From: Bdellovibrionota bacterium
GTDB lineage: Bacteria > Bdellovibrionota_C > UBA2361 > OMII01
Reading direction: 5' to 3'
Assembly (NCBI GenBank): GCA_040398075.1
Contig: JBBAUR010000003.1
Span: forward strand, 4,660 to 68,659
DNA: 64,000 nt
A program made the translations under genes and the position numbers. The number at the start of each line of letters is the position of its first letter. Position 1 is the stretch's first letter. Under the pieces are notes generated by a model. The model saw only the letters and a program-made list of their open reading frames with translations, had not been told where the DNA came from and made no database searches. Positions 1 through 9,960 of the stretch are shown piece after piece.

Positions 1-45
1 CTAGCACACTGCATAGAGCTGATCTGTCCGTTTCGCGCTCGTACC

Positions 46-348
46 TCAAGCTGGTGTCTTTTTGGCCATAGCCGTACGGAGAGCTCCGATAATCGCTATG
101 ACTACCGCGCCACCGACGCCTCCCCCAGCCATGTTAGATACTACCGATTCTAGTCCCGGTGTGGCTAGCGCCCCTGCGACATCGCCAGCACTCAAGGCTG
201 CCAAGATTTGACCTCCAAGACCACCGCCTAGGATACCTGCGATTGAATTCCCAACGGTACCGAGGCTGTTTTTTTTCATCGCTGCACCAGCAACGTTTCC
301 GCCAATCGCACCACTTACCAACTGAACCAGTATGTTTGAAATGTCCAT
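46..348 (-). CDS. Glycine-zipper small membrane/stress protein (Gly-zipper 2TM-like)
   Basis: ORF track 46..363. Product is Gly/Ala-rich with GxxxG repeats ('GILGGGLGGQILAAL', 'AGGGVGGAVVIAIIGAL'). I prefer the start at MDISNIL (348), which is preceded by GGGGAGA-N6-ATG. An A8 run encodes 'MKKN' inside the gene. Confidence 0.45.
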   Translation of the reverse strand: MDISNILVQLVSGAIGGNVAGAAMKKNSLGTVGNSIAGILGGGLGGQILAALSAGDVAGALATPGLESVVSNMAGGGVGGAVVIAIIGALRTAMAKKTPA

Positions 349-1135
349 TAAGATTCTCCCCATGATGAGCTACTCGAGCGTTCCTTCATGAAACACCGCG
401 CTAGAGCCCATGTTTGCGTGGTATGCTATGCAGCCCATCCATGAAAAACAAGCTAAAACTGCTAAACGTACGTATTCGTACCAGCTAGTTCGAGAGAAAT
501 ACCCCTATCTCTCGACCCTTACGTCAGAGAGAGCGCGCCCTTCGGCGATCTCGTTCACCACATCAACGGAACTTCGCGTGCACCCTGGGGGCTAGCAGAG
601 TGACCGAGACGGATATCATCCGCCTCGGCCCCAGCTACGAGTAGGTGCACAGATTTTACGCTCTTCGTGAAATCGAGTGAGTAGCGACGAGGCCAGAAAC
701 AACGTGAGTCCTTGTTTCGAACGATAGATCGCACCTTTCCACGTGAAGGTGCTCGTGCACGTTCACGCCGGGATAACGCTTGGCTATTTTGTGCGAGCAA
801 AGCGAGCATCAAAACGAGCCATTTGATCTCTCTATGATAGCCCCGGGTATGTGTCGTAAGCAACTTATGCGGTAGTTTGCCGGTAAGACGTACATGTATT
901 TTAACGAAGAGAGCGGCGAGAACGGAGAGGGGAAATAAGACCCTCTTACCCAACGGGTCATCGGTTACCTCGTTGTTGAACTTAAGGCAGTCGAGCAACT
1001 TTTACCAATTCACCGAGCCCAAGTATCACCGACATGAAACTCGCCGAAGCTCCGAGAGATGACATCAAACGCCTATTTCCTTCTCCCTCTCTGTCCTCGC
1101 TCCTCTCTTTGTAAAATTATTCTTTGAGAGGGATA

Positions 1136-1176
1136 ACACCGAGTCCTACCCACTCGATTTCACGATGATCCAGATT
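1136..1176. repeat. About 40-bp repeat family (acaccgagtcctaYcSactcgatttcacgaWga...) found just downstream of minus-strand ORF stops; other copies at 6289..6330 and 13472..13498
   Basis: Copies 1 and 2 match at roughly 35 of 40 positions. Copy 3 shares the core 'cccactcgattYcacgatga'. Confidence 0.6.
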
Positions 1177-1851
1177 TTAGAACAGGTTCAACAACTCCTT
1201 CACTCCATAGGCAACACCTGTGCCGATAAGCCCACCGACTATCACCGGCGCAGCCACCGAGGCAGACAAGCCAGCCAGTAGGACTCCCGCCCCCATACCA
1301 GCTGCCGCTCCCAGGGTCATTGAGGTGGTCGAAACAACGGAGGCCTTCAAGGTTCGCGAATAAAGACGATCTCCCACATCACGATCATGCTTGACGGCTT
1401 TAGCAACGTCGAGAAGACCTGTCACCGTATCGACAGCAGCACCCGCCTTTGCAACTACCCCGGTCAGACGACTCGGATGAAAATCGTCCATGTACGAAGT
1501 GATAGCTTCCGCCCGGCTCGAGATCTGCTTCGCATCGTTAAGGTTGACCTGCGTAGAGGCCACGGAGCCCGGCAGGGAGACCGCAGCATCGAGCATATCG
1601 TCGTTCGGGATACTCCTCTCAGCCCAGGCGCCGATCCTCGCAATTCCACCCAGCACTCGGTCAGATGCTCTATTGAGAAAGCTATCACTACCAGGAGTGC
1701 TACGTTGGTACTGTGGCCATGTGCCCTTATGAGACTCTGATGATGATATCACCGGAATTGGTATCGTTCTGGCCGCTTCTGCCGTCGGCAGGTGCATCCT
1801 CCACAAAGGTGTTGGTGTTTGAGTACCTGTTCGAACTGTCTTGGGATCCAC
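1177..1851 (-). CDS. Hypothetical protein with C-terminal glycine-zipper transmembrane segment
   Basis: 224-aa ORF. The C-terminus 'GAAAGMGAGVLLAGLSASVAAPVIVGGLIGTGVAYGV' looks like a Gly-zipper. No recognisable catalytic motif. Confidence 0.4.
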   Translation of the reverse strand: MDPKTVRTGTQTPTPLWRMHLPTAEAARTIPIPVISSSESHKGTWPQYQRSTPGSDSFLNRASDRVLGGIARIGAWAERSIPNDDMLDAAVSLPGSVASTQVNLNDAKQISSRAEAITSYMDDFHPSRLTGVVAKAGAAVDTVTGLLDVAKAVKHDRDVGDRLYSRTLKASVVSTTSMTLGAAAGMGAGVLLAGLSASVAAPVIVGGLIGTGVAYGVKELLNLF

Positions 1852-1881
1852 GATAAAGCCTCCATAAAGGTAGTTTGGACA

Positions 1882-3249
1882 CTACTGCTCATGGTTCTTT
1901 AATCGAACATTCAACAAAAAAGTTGCGTAGCGCTTAAAACGGTGCCCGCAGATAACAGCAAATGCCGAAAACAGGGAGAACACCAAAGCCGGCTTCACGG
2001 ACGTAAAATAACGGGATACCCACAAAAACATAAGGAGCACGCTCGCAATATAGAGCACACTACAGATACACACCATCACGTTCGCCAACGCCAATCCGCG
2101 AAACTGCGGCGCTTCCCGGAGCAGTACAAATTGAGCGAACAGGCAGCCGATTATCAAAAACGCATATCCATGAAGAAAGGTATAGAGTCCACCTTTCAAG
2201 AAGGCGATGTAGCGCTCGGAATGCGTTCTGGCAGCCCTCACAAAAAAGGGGAACGCTGAGACTTGTTCTACTTCCGACCTCAAAGATTTTAGGGCCAAAT
2301 TGAAGTTCCAATGATACGCGTCGTAGTATTCACCACGCCAGCGCTGCACGCTCTCAGCTTGCCAGCCTTCGCTGGATACATCATGACCTTGCTCATTGAA
2401 TCGTTCCAGTAACCTCGCTACCTGGGCACTGTCACCGGCAGTATGCGGAATCGGGCCGAGCGTGCGCGCTGCAGCGAAATACATGTAGCCACCATGAGCT
2501 CCAAAGGAAAAAGCTCCCAATCGATAAAGATTGAATGAGGCCCACAAAAAGAGGGGTATGAGTCCAGCCGCTATCCCAGCCACTGTAGAGACTCGCCTAC
2601 CTCGAGGTGCAGCAAGGGGGAATACAATGGCAGCCGTCAGCCAAGGTAGAAGAGCAAGGCGGGTAAGAATCGCACATGAGAGAAAAAAGCAGGTCCAGGC
2701 GACGCGTTTTGTCGATGGTGCAGCGCACCACAAGCTGAGAGAAAAAAGAGCTCCAAGTAGAAAGAGGGACGAAAGGAACTCACTCATGTGGCAGTAGATC
2801 ATCTGCTTATTGGTAAGCAGTGCCATTCCACATGCACATACGGTAATCGCAGGGGAGAGTAAACTTCGTAACGCGTACGGAGCCAGAAGCAGCACTGCCA
2901 ACGCCAAAAACAGGTGCGTGAGCACGATACCATCCTCGAGCGAAGCACCTGCAAGCTGGTCCGCCAGCAGAAGCATAACAGGATACAGGGGCGGGCGGAG
3001 AGAAAGCTCGAGGGGCAGCTCCTTACCATCAAAAGGTCGGTAGAAATCCTTGGTAAGGAGCGCACCACTCATACGTGTGTACTGCTCGGAGTCGATATCT
3101 AGCGTCATGAAGGGAATGGGCGGTTGGGCCAACAGAAAAAAGAAGAGGGCGATGAGCGCAAGAGTGCTCCAGGAGTATACGCGCGGTGCTCTCATAGAGC
3201 CGGAATTAAACCAAGACACCCTACGTGGCGCAACGCTTAAAGTACACAA
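1882..3249 (-). CDS. Polytopic membrane protein, GT-C (ArnT/PMT-like) glycosyltransferase candidate
   Basis: 455-aa ORF with many hydrophobic helices and an 'RPPLYPVMLL' motif of the kind seen in GT-C/PMT_2 families. Start codon uncertain. Confidence 0.4.
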   Translation of the reverse strand: MCTLSVAPRRVSWFNSGSMRAPRVYSWSTLALIALFFFLLAQPPIPFMTLDIDSEQYTRMSGALLTKDFYRPFDGKELPLELSLRPPLYPVMLLLADQLAGASLEDGIVLTHLFLALAVLLLAPYALRSLLSPAITVCACGMALLTNKQMIYCHMSEFLSSLFLLGALFSLSLWCAAPSTKRVAWTCFFLSCAILTRLALLPWLTAAIVFPLAAPRGRRVSTVAGIAAGLIPLFLWASFNLYRLGAFSFGAHGGYMYFAAARTLGPIPHTAGDSAQVARLLERFNEQGHDVSSEGWQAESVQRWRGEYYDAYHWNFNLALKSLRSEVEQVSAFPFFVRAARTHSERYIAFLKGGLYTFLHGYAFLIIGCLFAQFVLLREAPQFRGLALANVMVCICSVLYIASVLLMFLWVSRYFTSVKPALVFSLFSAFAVICGHRFKRYATFLLNVRLKNHEQ

Positions 3250-3309
3250 GCCTCAAAGACAGCAGCTTGTTGGTCTACCGGGTTTGAAGCTCTAAAGCTT
3301 TGACAGCGC

Positions 3310-4491
3310 TCAGGGCGCGTTGGGCTCCCTAGAAAGTGGCCAAAGGGGAAGTGTGTGTCCGCCTTGGCGGCTAGCCTTCGAAAGATAGAGACTAAAATTA
3401 CCGACATTATGGGCTCGATGGATGACTTGCTTTAGGATTTCGCTCTCCAAGAAGCTCTTCATTCGACCAGCCAATTCCCCCGATACGAAGGGAGCTATCC
3501 ACGGAATCTCAGCTTTCCCGAATTCATGCTCGTTGAGGTTTATCGCCCCAGAAGAGCTCTGCCCTACCGCTGCTAGGCATGCGATGCGCGATACACTTTC
3601 GATAACCGACAGTACCGCCTTTTCTGCGTAGTACACCTTTATCTCAGTGAGCTCGTGCGGCATTTTTCTGTCATATTCACCACGTATGAACAGTCTCCGG
3701 ATAGCCTGAGCATCCACCTCTGCAGCCTCCATAGCCGTAAGCAGCAAACTCTGTGATGCCGCACCCAAAGACCTGCCTAGCTCGAAAATTCCTCGAAGGA
3801 GCTGTTCCTGAAGCAGGGAGAGCTTAGGTGGAGGGTTAAATTCGGGGGAGCTTATCACATCCGAAAAGGCACTTAAAACAGCTCTCGTCAACGGGTTGGA
3901 AATGTCCTGCTTATCTATCAAGTTTATACCCTCAGAGGAGCCAAGAGAGAGAATTTTTTGGACAAGAAGCTCATCTACACGTGGGTCCTCAGCAGGACGC
4001 TGTAGTAGCTGCTCGATCGAGCCACGTATCACCGTTCTAAGCATCCCTATCTTTATATCGAGGTACTGAACTAGGCTGCCGCGATCGACAGCCCTTCCAT
4101 GCTCGTCCTTCAGTTCTTCAGGCCGCAGCGGCGAATTTCGCTTCTGCATGCCGTCTTTGATCTTGCTCCGAAAATTATCTACGAGGCTCTTAAGCTCGCG
4201 CTCAATTTTTGCTGTATCAGACGGAGCTGCCCCTATTTGTTTGTTGGCGTCGTAGTCTTGAGCAGAAAACAACCCGGCGAGATGACCTGTTCTATTAACC
4301 ACCAACGGATGTTGGAGCAGCTTATTTAGTACCTGCTCGAACTCTCGGTATCTATCCACGGCCAGGTAAAGCGGGCTCTGCGTGTGCTCTGTGCGCGTGT
4401 TCTGAACCCCATTTTTCCGTTGCCCAAGCTCGTCTAACATCTCTTCTAACCTACCACCATGCCCCATCCGCAAGATAGACCGGGGGAGCAC
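3310..4491 (-). CDS. Hypothetical protein (no recognisable domain)
   Basis: 393-aa ORF that is acidic and predicted helical, with consistent codon usage. Function unknown. Confidence 0.5.
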   Translation of the reverse strand: MLPRSILRMGHGGRLEEMLDELGQRKNGVQNTRTEHTQSPLYLAVDRYREFEQVLNKLLQHPLVVNRTGHLAGLFSAQDYDANKQIGAAPSDTAKIERELKSLVDNFRSKIKDGMQKRNSPLRPEELKDEHGRAVDRGSLVQYLDIKIGMLRTVIRGSIEQLLQRPAEDPRVDELLVQKILSLGSSEGINLIDKQDISNPLTRAVLSAFSDVISSPEFNPPPKLSLLQEQLLRGIFELGRSLGAASQSLLLTAMEAAEVDAQAIRRLFIRGEYDRKMPHELTEIKVYYAEKAVLSVIESVSRIACLAAVGQSSSGAINLNEHEFGKAEIPWIAPFVSGELAGRMKSFLESEILKQVIHRAHNVGNFSLYLSKASRQGGHTLPLWPLSREPNAP

Positions 4492-4717
4492 TCTGTCTGT
4501 TATGGATATTTTCGGGCGTTATGTGCCACCAAAAGGAAGATAAACTTGCGAGTAAAGCGCTACCCATATTTGGTACCTCATACGACTTCCGCGCATGCGA
4601 CGACTTATCACTTTTGTACGAGGCTTATGATTTCAGCTCTCAGGCTCACGGTTTGAGGCGTTCCAGCCTTAACACAAGGCTACGGCTGACAAGCCACTTG
4701 CTCGCCCACCGAAGCTT

Positions 4718-4944
4718 TAGCTAGTTTCTGTCCAGAAACACCGATTTCTACTCGAGTTCTCGCTTATATTCCCTGCGAGGCAGAAAGATCTTCATCGATA
4801 ATTCCGGGTCGCTGCTGGAAAATTGAGGTTTTTCGCGTCTTCAAACAGAGTAAGCGAATGTCGCTGGTGAACATTGAATCATTTCGAGAGGCGAAAAAGG
4901 TCTTGTTTTCTATGGTTTCTTTCCTAGCGGACAGAAACTAGCTA
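4718..4944. repeat. 16-bp perfect terminal inverted repeats (tagctagtttctgtcc ... ggacagaaactagcta) bracketing about 195 bp that contains the 53-bp repeat (MITE-like)
   Basis: Exact reverse complements at 4718..4733 and 4929..4944. A diverged copy with adjacent arms sits at 28484..28518. Confidence 0.6.
4856..4908. repeat. 53-bp exact dispersed repeat, copy A (gaatgtcgctggtgaacattgaatcatttcgagaggcgaaaaaggtcttgttt); copy B at 28061..28113
   Basis: Identical 53-mers at two intergenic loci 23 kb apart. Confidence 0.85.
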
Positions 4945-5249
4945 GGTGGAAGTCTTCTGGCTTTCGTTTCCCAAGTCCCCGTTTATATTCGTCTCATCCC
5001 TGAAATTCATCCATGGCCCCGTCTCTCTTTAGAGCGAGTAGTCCACGCTATTTTTTCACGGTCGTCGACGATTTCTAGTCGAAATTAGAGGGTAAGATTT
5101 GAAGAACGTTCGCCGATGGGACGATTGTAAAACTGCTCGACGGGCAGCGTGAAGCATATGCGATCCTACGGGGATGAACATGCGATGCTAGCGATCGATG
5201 TTCGTATCGATTAGATCGGCACTTACGGAGTTTTGAGAGATCTGCGAGT

Positions 5250-6170
5250 ATGGTGGGTCTCGTTACGCGATTATCCCGGAGGATGAGCACACTCTGTGTA
5301 GGAATGTCTGATACCCCACAACACACATTAAGCAGCCCTCGCGTGCTACGTAAGATTGCCCCATGGAGGTTTGGTTCGGGCTTCGATGAGCCGGGAATGG
5401 AGGCACACTATCGCTCTCTTGCGATCCATACACTCTCGCCGGCAGAGCAATGCGGAATGAGTGAGTGGAGCTTCACCTTACACCAGAAACTCTTTTCCCA
5501 TCTGATTAATAGAACTAAGAGCCTGGTGCCTGTTGTGTCCGCAAACATACTCGACGTGGGATGTAACAGTGGCTATCTTACAGCGGAACTGGCAAATCAT
5601 TTCAAACATGTCGTCGGAGTTGACTACTCAAGACCACTCGTTGAGTGCGCTCTTGCTCGCGGAACACAAGCCAAATTCATTCAAGCTGACGCGCGGGCTC
5701 TCCCATTCGAGCAGGACTCCTTTGATCTTGTTACCTGTTTCTCGATGATTCACTACTTGAGTGATTGGAGGACTATTATTGACAACATCTATCGAGTGAC
5801 GAAACCAGGCGGTTTCGTCGTTTTCCAGTTTCTGCAATCGAGACCGATCGTAGAAGTTATAGTTCGAATCGTGCTAAGCGCTCTATTGAGGCGTCGAGGA
5901 GTACGAGAGGCATACCGTACTCTCTCACGTCGAATCAGTATCTGTCCATCGCACGGCTATCATTGGCACTCAATTGACGGGAGACCCCTTAAGCAAGTGC
6001 TCGCCCACCTGACACAAACAGGTTTGTTGGTCAGGGAGCTACACCTTCCTCGGCGTTATCCCCTACTGAGTGAAGATCATGTGGCAGTAATAGCTGAGCG
6101 TTCAGAGGATACACTTAATAATCCCCAAAAACCCCGTGTTTGTCGCTCATGCTTGACGGCACCGAGGTGA
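5250..6170 (+). CDS. Class I SAM-dependent methyltransferase
   Basis: Motif I 'ILDVGCNSGYLTAEL' and post-I 'VVGVDYS', then 'FDLVTCFSMIHYL' and 'KPGGFVVFQF' (Methyltransf_11/12-like). The true start is probably an internal Met. Confidence 0.6.
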   Translation: MVGLVTRLSRRMSTLCVGMSDTPQHTLSSPRVLRKIAPWRFGSGFDEPGMEAHYRSLAIHTLSPAEQCGMSEWSFTLHQKLFSHLINRTKSLVPVVSANILDVGCNSGYLTAELANHFKHVVGVDYSRPLVECALARGTQAKFIQADARALPFEQDSFDLVTCFSMIHYLSDWRTIIDNIYRVTKPGGFVVFQFLQSRPIVEVIVRIVLSALLRRRGVREAYRTLSRRISICPSHGYHWHSIDGRPLKQVLAHLTQTGLLVRELHLPRRYPLLSEDHVAVIAERSEDTLNNPQKPRVCRSCLTAPR

Positions 6171-6344
6171 GCACACCAAGTTCTCCACTCCCCAGCTGAA
6201 AAATGAGCGCGCGACTATCGGCAAGACTTCGACGAGCTCGGATCGAAGGCACATGTAAAGCACAGATGCGTATCCCGGCCTTGGTACCACACCGAGTCCT
6301 ATCGACTCGATTTCACGAAGAGCAAATTTTCTCATCCCTACGTA

Positions 6345-7301
6345 TCAACGATTTATGGTCAATTGCTCCGAGCTGATGTCCCGCGTATCGTTCGAGGCGG
6401 GTTGCTTAACAATACCTTTGACCATCGCGAGAACGGTACCGAGATCGGTCAGGTTTGCCGGAACAACTACCGTACTTGATTTCTGGGCTATCTTACCGAA
6501 TTGGGGCAGATATTGCTCCGCTATGCGTAGCTCCATGGCAGCTTTTCCGCCATCACCCATGAGTGATTGGCCCACGAGCCTTAGTCCCTCTGCAGTCGCA
6601 CGAGCAACTTCCAAAATAGCCTCGGCTTCTCCCTTTGCGGTATTGACCTGCGCCATCATGTTGGCTTCAGACTCTTTGATCTGTCGTTGCTTCTCTCCTT
6701 CCGCAGTGTTGATCGCCGCATCTCGCTGTCCTTCAGATGCAAGAATAGCAGCGCGCTTCTCGCGCTCGGCCTTCATCTGCTTTTCCATGGCGGTGATTAC
6801 CTCGCGCGGCGGGGTTATATTCTTGATTTCGTACCGAAGAACCTTGACACCCCACGCCTCTGCGGCTTTGTCGACCTCCGTAACCACATTAGCGTTGATG
6901 TGCGTACGGGCCTCGAAGGTTCTATCGAGCTCTATCTTGCCGATCTCGCTTCTCAAGGTAGTTTGCGCCAGCTGTACGAGGCCGAAAATGTAATCATCGA
7001 TACCATATGATGCCGTCTGGGCATCTATGACGCGGACATACAGCACGCCATCGACTCCAACCTGCACATTGTCACTCGTGATGCAGACCTGCTCCGGGAT
7101 ATCGATGACCTGCTCCTTGACGGAATGTCGGTACCGCACCGCATCAAAGAAAGGGATAAGAACATGGAATCCAGCGTCGAGTGTTTTGTGATACTGCCCG
7201 AGACGCTCCACGACATAACGCATCTGCTGCGGGACGATTACAGCACCCTTGACTACTGTCAGAATAGCCAACACGGCAAAAAACACAAAAACATACGTCA
7301 T
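6345..7301 (-). CDS. SPFH/band-7 (stomatin/prohibitin-like) membrane protein
   Basis: N-terminal TM helix followed by a PHB domain ('RYVVERLGQYHKTLDAGFHVLIPF', 'RTHINANVVTEVDKAAEAWGVKV') and a coiled-coil Ala/Glu-rich tail. Sits downstream of nfeD. Confidence 0.85.
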   Translation of the reverse strand: MTYVFVFFAVLAILTVVKGAVIVPQQMRYVVERLGQYHKTLDAGFHVLIPFFDAVRYRHSVKEQVIDIPEQVCITSDNVQVGVDGVLYVRVIDAQTASYGIDDYIFGLVQLAQTTLRSEIGKIELDRTFEARTHINANVVTEVDKAAEAWGVKVLRYEIKNITPPREVITAMEKQMKAEREKRAAILASEGQRDAAINTAEGEKQRQIKESEANMMAQVNTAKGEAEAILEVARATAEGLRLVGQSLMGDGGKAAMELRIAEQYLPQFGKIAQKSSTVVVPANLTDLGTVLAMVKGIVKQPASNDTRDISSEQLTINR

Positions 7302-7342
7302 ACTTTATCTCCTCGTATAGCTAATCAAACTGAGCACTCCGT

Positions 7343-7768
7343 TTATCGACGCTTCACACACAATGTAAGCTCGTCAACTTCTACCACGACAGCTTCAGAG
7401 GCTGGCTCAAGTATATCTGTCCCTACGTTTCTGATGCGCCATGGTGACCCCCACAGCTCTCCCTTGCCTACCGCTCCGGGAGCAAGCACCTCTGTCACTG
7501 TGACGAGCTTTCCGACAGCATCCGCGGTCATTGGATGTCCCCCTTTGAGCTTCTTTTGAAGCTTGCCAGCAAATCCGAAGCATGCGACCAGCGCCACAAC
7601 CGAAAAGATGAGCAGTTGTACGATCAATCCAGGGGCGACGCCTGCAACGGTCATCAAGCCAACTACCACCCCAGAGATACCCAGTAGTAGAAGGTAGAAG
7701 CCGCTCGGAACAAAAAGCTCCACGAGCGCCAGTGCTAACCCGAGAAAACACCACGTCCATCCGTTCAT
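7343..7768 (-). CDS. NfeD-family membrane protein (partner of SPFH protein)
   Basis: Two TM helices and a C-terminal OB-fold-like 'GKLVTVTEVLAPGAVGKGELWGSPWRIRN'. I prefer the start MNGWTW at 7768 (AAGGGG RBS); the ORF track extends to 7975. Immediately upstream of the SPFH gene. Confidence 0.65.
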   Translation of the reverse strand: MNGWTWCFLGLALALVELFVPSGFYLLLLGISGVVVGLMTVAGVAPGLIVQLLIFSVVALVACFGFAGKLQKKLKGGHPMTADAVGKLVTVTEVLAPGAVGKGELWGSPWRIRNVGTDILEPASEAVVVEVDELTLCVKRR

Positions 7769-7925
7769 ATGACCCCTTGACCCTAGATTATGACTCAGTA
7801 CTCTAATCAGGAAAATCCACGTAGCCAAGGAAAATAAGCAGCTCACAACACGCGTTTGAGGAGTTGCGGATACCGAAACAAACCTAGCCTTATTCATTTT
7901 TGAAACATGGCTCGTGCAGGGTTTA

Positions 7926-9293
7926 CTAATCGGATTTATGACTCCGTCGCTGATTGATAAATGCATAGGTCGCACCCCACAAGGGTCGCAGAGTGGTCAC
8001 TCGTACCAGCAGCTCATGCCCTCGTATGCGCTGGACGGCTCGCACCTCTCGAAAAGCTGGATACAAGAACGCCATCGTCATCGCACGCAAAACTCCCGAG
8101 ATGAGGAACAACCCCAGAAAAGGCGAGGCTGGGACGAGCCAACTGAGGGAGCGCGTCAACACATCAGGCATGTTCATCGCTAACACTCCGCCTATCAGAG
8201 ATCCCGCCGAGACCAATACACCGTTTACGATCGCCTGGTATGCTATACATCGAGCTCGTTTGGCCGGCGTCACAGCATCAAAAACAAAATTGGCCGCTGC
8301 AAGGTTGAAACCGGACCAAAAAAAACCGCTGTACAGCTGTATAAAAACCAGAAATAGGATGTGGTCCGAGACCAGCCACATCCATGGATTGAATGCCACG
8401 AGCCATCCACAAACCCGCAGTATCTTGCGATTCCCGAACTGATCGCTCAATACCCCCCAGGAGCGCATCACCACAAATTGAATCAAGACCGCCGTGGCTA
8501 CCACACAGGTATACTCCAAGTAGCTCAACTTGAGGTCACTGAGCATATACATGGCAAAGTATGGGCCTGAGACGGCTACCGCGAAGTTCATGAACGATAC
8601 GAAGAGGACGAATTTTACGAAATTTGAGTGTCTCGCTCTGGAGATGAATTGCCAAAAGGTGAACTTCGAATCATCTGGAACGTGAATCGGGGGATCATCA
8701 ACCCGGCCAAAAACGTGCCCTCCCCACCAACGTGCAAGCATCGCTATCACAAAGGCTGCAGCGAAACCGTACTCGGGGTAACCCCATCCAGTGAACGAAT
8801 GGATCAACTGCCCTCCTACCACTACCGATATGAACACAGTTATCGAGATCCACTTGTTTCGGTATCCGAAAAACTCCCCTCGGACCTCCTGCGGAATTAT
8901 ATCTCCAGCAAGGCTGTTCCATATCGGAGACATGACACCCGTCAGAACTTGGTATACGACCGCGAGCGCGATTAGAGTTGCAACCGCATTCCAGCCACTT
9001 CCGAGCAAGAACGGGAGCAACGCAATCGGCAGCCACAGCAAACCCTGGGCTTTCATGAGGCCCGCGAGGATTCGTCTACGGCTCCCACTGCGATCAACGA
9101 AGCGAGTACCGATCGTTTGAGCCAACGAGCCTATCAAGGCCGGCAAGGTTGCCAGAGCTCCTATTTGTAGCGGATTTCCGCCGAGAAAGATTCCGAAGGC
9201 ACCGAGATAGGTCTCCGCAGTACCGAATTTCACTGCATCCAGATTTCCCTCTAGAATTAGTGCCCGAGCAGAACCACTCTTCAAAAATTTCAC
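7926..9293 (-). CDS. MFS transporter
   Basis: 455-aa ORF with about 12 predicted TM helices and MFS-like loop motifs ('GTRFVDRSGSRRRIL'). Confidence 0.75.
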   Translation of the reverse strand: MKFLKSGSARALILEGNLDAVKFGTAETYLGAFGIFLGGNPLQIGALATLPALIGSLAQTIGTRFVDRSGSRRRILAGLMKAQGLLWLPIALLPFLLGSGWNAVATLIALAVVYQVLTGVMSPIWNSLAGDIIPQEVRGEFFGYRNKWISITVFISVVVGGQLIHSFTGWGYPEYGFAAAFVIAMLARWWGGHVFGRVDDPPIHVPDDSKFTFWQFISRARHSNFVKFVLFVSFMNFAVAVSGPYFAMYMLSDLKLSYLEYTCVVATAVLIQFVVMRSWGVLSDQFGNRKILRVCGWLVAFNPWMWLVSDHILFLVFIQLYSGFFWSGFNLAAANFVFDAVTPAKRARCIAYQAIVNGVLVSAGSLIGGVLAMNMPDVLTRSLSWLVPASPFLGLFLISGVLRAMTMAFLYPAFREVRAVQRIRGHELLVRVTTLRPLWGATYAFINQRRSHKSD

Positions 9294-9357
9294 GTTGCAC
9301 CCTTCAAACTAATAGCGGCGAAACTCTCAAAAACCTACTCGAGGAGTTACGGGTACC

Positions 9358-9921
9358 CTACCGCAGAGGAATTCCCTCACCCGAAAATTTACGCGCGAGT
9401 CGCAACAGAGCGATGATCGACAGGCTATCTCTTATCTCACCATCATCGACCATCGTCAAAGCATCGCGGAGCAAAACGCTGCGCAACTGGAGCAACTCGG
9501 TGTGGTCTGGTCGACTCTCGCCAAAAGAGAGGCCTCGGGCAAGGAAGAGAACCCCACGTTCGGAGGAAAAACAGTTGCTCAAATGAATCTCTCCACCCAG
9601 AGGCTCCCAGTCTGCAGCACAGATCCCCGTCTCCTCCTGGAGCTCCCTTTGCGCCGCAGCCAGAGGTTCCTCACCTATCTCAGCACCTCCTTCTGGAATC
9701 TCCCAGGAGTACTGCTCGATTGGGTACCTGTACTGACCAACCAGCCAGATCCTCTGATCATCCGAAAGCGCAACGACCCCTGTCGCCACTCGGGTCTCGA
9801 CTACTCCGTATATCCCAGCACTTCCACTCGGGGAGATCACCCGATCCTCACGAACCTTTATCCACGCGTTCTCATACACAAGTCTACTCGAGAGCTTTAT
9901 CCACGGATTATCCGAATTCAT
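9358..9921 (-). CDS. NUDIX hydrolase (ADP-ribose pyrophosphatase-like)
   Basis: Nudix box 'EGGAEIGEEPLAAAQRELQEETGI' (GX5EX7REUXEEXGU). Confidence 0.8.
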   Translation of the reverse strand: MNSDNPWIKLSSRLVYENAWIKVREDRVISPSGSAGIYGVVETRVATGVVALSDDQRIWLVGQYRYPIEQYSWEIPEGGAEIGEEPLAAAQRELQEETGICAADWEPLGGEIHLSNCFSSERGVLFLARGLSFGESRPDHTELLQLRSVLLRDALTMVDDGEIRDSLSIIALLRLARKFSGEGIPLR

Positions 9922-9960
9922 ACTTCACCCTCACGCACCCGGTGGACGCACGACCATTCT

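Noticed and set aside
555-998. 147-aa minus-strand ORF in the 0.4–1.1 kb region
   Set aside because: No RBS or motif, and Arg/Leu-rich low-complexity. The region is more likely a long leader or intergenic.
6355-6993. Long antisense ORFs inside established genes (e.g. 6355..6993, 47056..47478, 48311..49177, 22881..23648)
   Set aside because: These are shadow ORFs opposite SPFH, lon, clpX and the NucA gene. They have amino-acid composition atypical of proteins and no RBS.
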